This document shows, piece by piece, positions 59,602-64,000 of a DNA stretch of 64,000 nt. Origin of the DNA: Pavona decussata (Eukaryota); the NCBI GenBank assembly GCA_977016875.1, contig CDRNST010000064.1, positions 620,001-684,000 on the forward strand. Direction: 5' to 3'. The notes under the pieces were generated by a model. That model was not told where the DNA came from. It saw nothing but the letters and a program-made list of their open reading frames with translations, and searched no databases. How positions within the stretch are numbered: position 1 is the stretch's first letter; every line of letters starts with the position of its first letter. Position numbers and translations under genes: made by a program.

Positions 59602-59964
59602 CCATTCGCTTTTCCCTGCTCCTCTTCGAAGGTGTCTCTCGGTCTTCGTCTTCCTTTCGCTTAGCTGTTTTAAAGGATAAGCACAAACGCGATGTCATCC
59701 TACTTCAGTTCACGTTTTAAGTTTAAACCTGACTTCATCAGCCTTGTGAAATCCTCGTCATTGAAGTGCATCGAGCACAAGGACGAGGTCTTTCCAGGCG
59801 CGCGTCCACATCTTCCTCCGCTCCAGCATAAAATCGATCCATTTCCTTCGCCTCCTCAGTCTTTGCGGGCATGTAGTGCCAAAAAAAGGAATCCTGTGCA
59901 TGCTTATTCCATTTGCTTCGTCTTTGATGTTTCCACATCTCGCTGCAACACATCTTTCCTGCAT
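59602..59964 (-). pseudogene. THAP domain exon of the Kolobok transposase
   Basis: MQERCVAARCGN...SMHRIP...RRKWIDF...CSMHF (C2CH), frameshifted, ending at a GTAAG donor. Confidence 0.75.
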
Positions 59965-61296
59965 TTTCGAGAAACGTGCAGAAATACCGCGACTTGTTTT
60001 CAGTGAGATCCAGAGAAAGGCTGAAGTCACGTGTTCCTGAATCTACGTCACAGCTCTTGTTAAACCGAGAGGAGACTAATGCGAATGGTGGGCCAAAATG
60101 GCGGCAAATTTGAACGTCTTATAAAATTCATAAAAAATTCGCGTTTTATGCAAATCGAAAAATTTTTTCACTGAAGTTCTTAGGGTGATGTTTAGATTCA
60201 GATAAGAAAATAAAAAATTTTCTGATATGGGCACTTTAAGCTCCAACAACTGGGTAAGGATAGGCTTCTCCTCTCACAAACTGCTGTATGTTTGCCAGGT
60301 TAAACTTTTGGAAGGCAAACGGATGCTTGGTATAATCTCCATTGAACGCAGCTGATTCCACCATACCAACAATCAACACATTAGGAATTCTTCCATTGCC
60401 TGGATCGTTGATTTCAAAATGACGCACATCTGCTCTCAAGTTGTATGTTCTCACTTCACCTCTAACTGTGGGGTAAGACACCACACTCTTTGTCTGCTTC
60501 ACAGCCAACTCTCTCTCGATCGAGGGGTTCAAGGTGACCACACACAACACAAACTTCACTTTGATATCATCCAAGGTCAGTCTAACCGTTTCAGTACCAT
60601 GATACCTCACCATCCAAAAGTTTGGATTGTTGAAGAAAATCTGGATTTGAATGGGTACTTGGGGGACCATTAACTTAGAAAGGTTGAAGATCTCATTGTG
60701 TGGTTTGAATCTAAAGGGTCTTGTCTTTCCCACCAATTGACTCGATTCCCTTCTAGCTCCCTTCAGCCATGCTTTGGTCTCATTACTCAAGGCAGAGTAG
60801 TCAGCATGAGGTGTCCTATGATTCATTTGATCGGCTGTCAAAGCGTTTGGGGGGTTCAATCCATTGTACCACCCCTCTGGTGCCAAAATGTCTTCCCCAT
60901 CTGTTCTGTCAAAATTGCACACCTTTTCGATGAAGGCTTCATAAGAATAGGTGTCTATTTGAGGGCTAATGAGTGTATCTCCAAGACGGATGTTCATCTG
61001 TTTGATCATGGAGTGAGCCAAATTGGTGGTCGGAAATATGGTCGTTGTGTTCGATCCTGTCAGATCGGTTCCATCTGCTTTCTTAGGAGTAAAATCCACT
61101 TCCAGAAAACTCCGACTCAAATCACAATACCCCGATTGAGGTTCGATGCGAAGGTCGACGGGTGTGATACCCGTTGTAAAAGGTGAAACGGGTATATAGC
61201 GTCTGTTGAGAATGCTAGTGTCTGTGGCAGGTACTGAAAACAAGTTCAGTTTGGGGTTCACCACACTGGCCGAACCCGGTATGGGTGTTGCAGCAC

Positions 61297-61533
61297 TCAT
61301 CTTCTTCGTTTGCGTGTCCGCCTGCGTCGAGATCTGTGACGAACTGATGCTTTACGCTTGACACCTCCTCCCTTTTGAACCCTTCTCTTGAGATACTTGA
61401 CAAGATTTGGATCGAGTGGGTCGGGTGCGCCATAATATATCGAGCCGCCTTTTTGGGGTCTTTTCGGTCGTCTGTAATACACGCGTGGTGTACTAACCAA
61501 AAATGTCGTTGATTTTCCGTCTCGACTTCGCAT
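61297..61533 (-). CDS. Small Arg/Lys-rich core-like protein with two QKGG motifs
   Basis: RRPKRPQKGGS...VQKGGGVKRK...RRRRTRKRRR; the start codon is uncertain. Confidence 0.6.
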   Translation of the reverse strand: MRSRDGKSTTFLVSTPRVYYRRPKRPQKGGSIYYGAPDPLDPNLVKYLKRRVQKGGGVKRKASVRHRSRRRRTRKRRR

Positions 61534-61801
61534 GAATGTTGTCCAAAATTCCTGTGGCTTTACGTTTAAGAACTCTTTTGGCTCCTCTCAAAGCACCTTG
61601 TTCCGCTCCGCGCTTAGCTCCTGAAATGCTAGGCAACCCCCATCGTCCTCCTTTTTTAAATCCTTTGATCGCCCCTCTTTTAGCTTCTTTCAGGGCCTCT
61701 TTTTTCATTTCCGTAGCAAAATCGTACAAAAACCTCGACAACCCGCTACCGGACTGAATCACCACCGGTGTGTGGTAACGTGTCAATCCGCTTCCGTACA
61801 T
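61493..61801 (-). CDS. Polinton core/cement-like protein with QSGSG motif
   Basis: MYGSGLTRYHTPVVIQSGSGLSRFL...; basic amphipathic repeats (AKRGA). Confidence 0.65.
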   Translation of the reverse strand: MYGSGLTRYHTPVVIQSGSGLSRFLYDFATEMKKEALKEAKRGAIKGFKKGGRWGLPSISGAKRGAEQGALRGAKRVLKRKATGILDNIHAKSRRKINDIFG

Positions 61802-61846
61802 GGTTTCCAACAAATAATACTCCACACAACAAGTCGTCAAATTTTA

Positions 61847-62902
61847 TCAACCACCAGCTCGTCGTATGGCAACTGTAGCGATCGTTTTTCCCTGTGGTAA
61901 TGTAGCAATTTTACCATCCAGATCAGCAATTTCAACCTCTATGATTTCCACTTCCATAGAACTCATGGGAATCCACTGATAATGAAGCGGTTCGACCAAT
62001 TGGCGATGATCATACTCGTCGTGCTTTAAAAACACTTCTCTCAAAAGTTGAGCCTTTTGACTTCCCATGAAGGTTGATTGAGCCAAGCTACAGTACACGT
62101 GCAACGATCTGGATTTGGTAGTGGTGTTTTTCAAAAAAGCAGCGTTCTGACCTGAAAAGTGCCAGTTACATGTGCGAGAAAAGACCACTCGGGGTCTTCT
62201 AGGTCCTATGGGGTACGCGTGATTGTTCAAACCCCAGTATGATCGATTACCAGAATGTATTTCAGTTATTCTTGACTCGTGGTATTGTCTTCCACCTGTT
62301 GCCGTTTGAAGCTGTGTGCGAGGTGAGGCACCGGTCAAATAGTAATCACCCCTTGCATTCATTTCGAGCAGCCCCATCTTCAAACAAAACTCGAGGTCGA
62401 GTTCAAAACTAACCCCCACATTATTGTGGTCTTGATCATTAAAATCCACCTCCACGGTACCTTGTGCTACATCAACTTTAATCTCAAAGGAACGGTCCAC
62501 ATAAGTTCTTACTTCCTTTCTATTCCATTGTGTTGTTTGTACTTGCAACATATGTTCGATTTCGGTGGCTATTTTTTCTGAAATTCGACGCCACAACTCC
62601 ATCCCGGTCGTGATGGGAGGACCTCCAAAAATTTCGTGTGCCACCAATTCTTTTGAAAGTGACGATTGGTTACCATCCACATCCTCCACTCGGATGGAGA
62701 ATTTCACCAAAACATCATATTGGGTCACACCAAAACTCTCCATACCGAAATGTTGATTGGGAACGGACAAGGAGATCAAGGCTGCCTCCCATTCTTCTCC
62801 CTTGGGTAAATTGATTCTATCCTCCAAACGCACTTTAAAAGACGTATTGGTGTTGTTGGGAAATTCCAGAGTGGGATCACTTATGACCAGAATGCGGGAC
62901 AT
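61847..62902 (-). CDS. Minor capsid (penton-like, single jelly-roll) protein
   Basis: SDPTLEFPNNTNTSFKVRL...WEAALISLS at the N-terminus; LHVYCSL...MGSQKAQLLREV...EPLHYQWIP...IEVEIAD at the C-terminus. Confidence 0.85.
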   Translation of the reverse strand: MSRILVISDPTLEFPNNTNTSFKVRLEDRINLPKGEEWEAALISLSVPNQHFGMESFGVTQYDVLVKFSIRVEDVDGNQSSLSKELVAHEIFGGPPITTGMELWRRISEKIATEIEHMLQVQTTQWNRKEVRTYVDRSFEIKVDVAQGTVEVDFNDQDHNNVGVSFELDLEFCLKMGLLEMNARGDYYLTGASPRTQLQTATGGRQYHESRITEIHSGNRSYWGLNNHAYPIGPRRPRVVFSRTCNWHFSGQNAAFLKNTTTKSRSLHVYCSLAQSTFMGSQKAQLLREVFLKHDEYDHRQLVEPLHYQWIPMSSMEVEIIEVEIADLDGKIATLPQGKTIATVAIRRAGG

Positions 62903-63968
62903 GGTGTAATCGTATGACGTCTTTCTTTGACACCCAACTGTCGTACTTGGTGGGCCACCCCTTCCAACGGACGAGTACTCTGTTTCCTTGTCTTTTCACT
63001 ATCTTTTCGATGCGAAACACGTCGTCGTCCTTGGCATCCACCTTTTGAAGATCTTCGTTGTAAAACGTTCCTTTTATCGGAGTTCCATCCCATTCCACAA
63101 TCTTGTACGTGTTGATGGGACCGCGTCTCGCCTCAGACACCAAAAACACCTCCTCGGTCCATCCAGGCAAGTAACTCTTCTTGAATGTTCGAAACTTCTT
63201 GTTCAATCTCACACGGTCGCCTTTTCGAAAACGTGTCTTCGCTGGTTTCTTAGCCACGTCGCTACCATACAACGTGTTCCATACCTTGGGGGTGTTTTCC
63301 AAAGTGACGTCTTTAGGTGCCATACCGATGCTTCTATGATACGAAGCATTGTATCCCCGTACGAGTTGAGTAAGGACATCCAAAAACGAAAGGGTGTTGT
63401 AGACCGTAAAATATCTATAAAGTCTATCCTTAAATGTGCGGTTGAAGCGTTCCACGACGCTGGCCTTGGTATCTCCCGAAGTCGAAAAATGATGAATGCC
63501 CTTCTTCCTCAACATGTTTTGAAAATGACTGTTGTAAAACTCCTTTCCATCATCCGTTTGAAGTGTTTTCGGTTTTCTTCGACCAGCTACCAATCTTGAA
63601 AAAGCTGTCGTCACGGAAAGTCCTGTTTTCGACTTAAGGGGTAACACCCACGCAAATTTGCTGAACACGTCGATCACACATAACAAGTACTTTACACCGC
63701 GATTCCATTTTGCAATGTTTTGTACCTCGATTAAATCTGCTGCCCATTGTTCGTTGGGTCCATGTACCATAACACGTGAGGTGGGAAAACGTCTGCGAAC
63801 GGGTTTATGGAGAGAATACCCCAGATCGCGCTTCAATACGGCTTTCACTCTTTTCACAGACACCCCTTGAGCTTTAGCAAATCGTTCGGCACCGCCCAAA
63901 CTACCGGGTTGTGTCGGATCCCTATATCTCCTCAACAATTCGCCATTGGTGATTCTTTTTTTCTTCAT
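62877..63968 (-). CDS. Retroviral-type (rve) integrase with C-terminal chromo-like domain
   Basis: WAADL, QTDDGKEF, VVERFNRT (DDE); FRIEKIVK...VLVRWKGWPTKYDSWV; intact 363 aa. Confidence 0.95.
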   Translation of the reverse strand: MKKKRITNGELLRRYRDPTQPGSLGGAERFAKAQGVSVKRVKAVLKRDLGYSLHKPVRRRFPTSRVMVHGPNEQWAADLIEVQNIAKWNRGVKYLLCVIDVFSKFAWVLPLKSKTGLSVTTAFSRLVAGRRKPKTLQTDDGKEFYNSHFQNMLRKKGIHHFSTSGDTKASVVERFNRTFKDRLYRYFTVYNTLSFLDVLTQLVRGYNASYHRSIGMAPKDVTLENTPKVWNTLYGSDVAKKPAKTRFRKGDRVRLNKKFRTFKKSYLPGWTEEVFLVSEARRGPINTYKIVEWDGTPIKGTFYNEDLQKVDAKDDDVFRIEKIVKRQGNRVLVRWKGWPTKYDSWVSKKDVIRLHHVPHSGHK

Positions 63969-64000
63969 TGTAAAAACTTAGCCAATTTGAGGAGAGCCAC

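Larger units (their letters stand above)
57938..60235. mobile_element. Kolobok transposon (internally deleted) with ~115-bp TIRs and TTAA TSD
   Basis: TTAA|AGTGCCCATATC... and ...GATATGGGCACT|TTAA; carries convergent KolX-like and THAP gene remnants. Confidence 0.9.
57576..61300 (-). pseudogene. Major capsid protein (double jelly-roll), split by a Kolobok insertion and a +1 frameshift
   Basis: N-part 61300-60240 (LNLFSVPATD...NLAHSMIKQ...AFNGDYTKHPFAFQKF) joins C-part 57933-57576 (LKHDGTDKDILGYFRFLEATG...TLFAFD...ITVIVYSEYEGLLEID) across TTAA. Confidence 0.9.
42670..64000. mobile_element. Polinton/Maverick (adintovirus-like endogenous virus); right end outside the window
   Basis: Left terminus AGTAGT at 42670; encodes pPolB, packaging ATPase, adenain-like protease, major and minor capsid proteins and rve integrase. 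Confidence 0.95.

Noticed and set aside
1-64000. tRNA or rRNA genes
   Set aside because: None recognisable by eye.

Overview
AT-rich eukaryotic DNA with GT-AG introns and dense nested transposon debris. The repeat families suggest a cnidarian, probably a stony coral (inference). Positions 1-42.6 kb are a transposon graveyard: a Penelope-like retroelement split by a 3.1-kb foldback (Sola3-type) element and a TA-TSD MITE, plus Harbinger, Kolobok, hAT, CACTA, DIRS/Ngaro and Transib-like fragments, a BEN-domain pseudogene and an intron-containing Sola3-like transposase. From 42670 to beyond the window end lies an endogenous Polinton/Maverick (adintovirus-like) element. It encodes pPolB, PLA2, basic core-like proteins, packaging ATPase, adenain protease, major and minor capsid and integrase; several core genes are inactivated and a Kolobok transposon sits in the capsid gene. 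The main discovery is an opposite-strand unit inside this virus (47330-52176). One constant 5' exon encodes an NLS, an F-box-like LPxEL motif and a Cys/His cluster, and ends at a phase-0 splice donor. It is followed by 14 tightly packed, partly paralogous cassettes, each starting in phase 0 directly after a polypyrimidine-AG acceptor; most lack their own ATG. This looks like a viral one-constant-exon / 14-variable-terminal-exon splicing system that could yield a family of adaptor proteins with swappable C-terminal domains. The splicing is predicted from sequence only.
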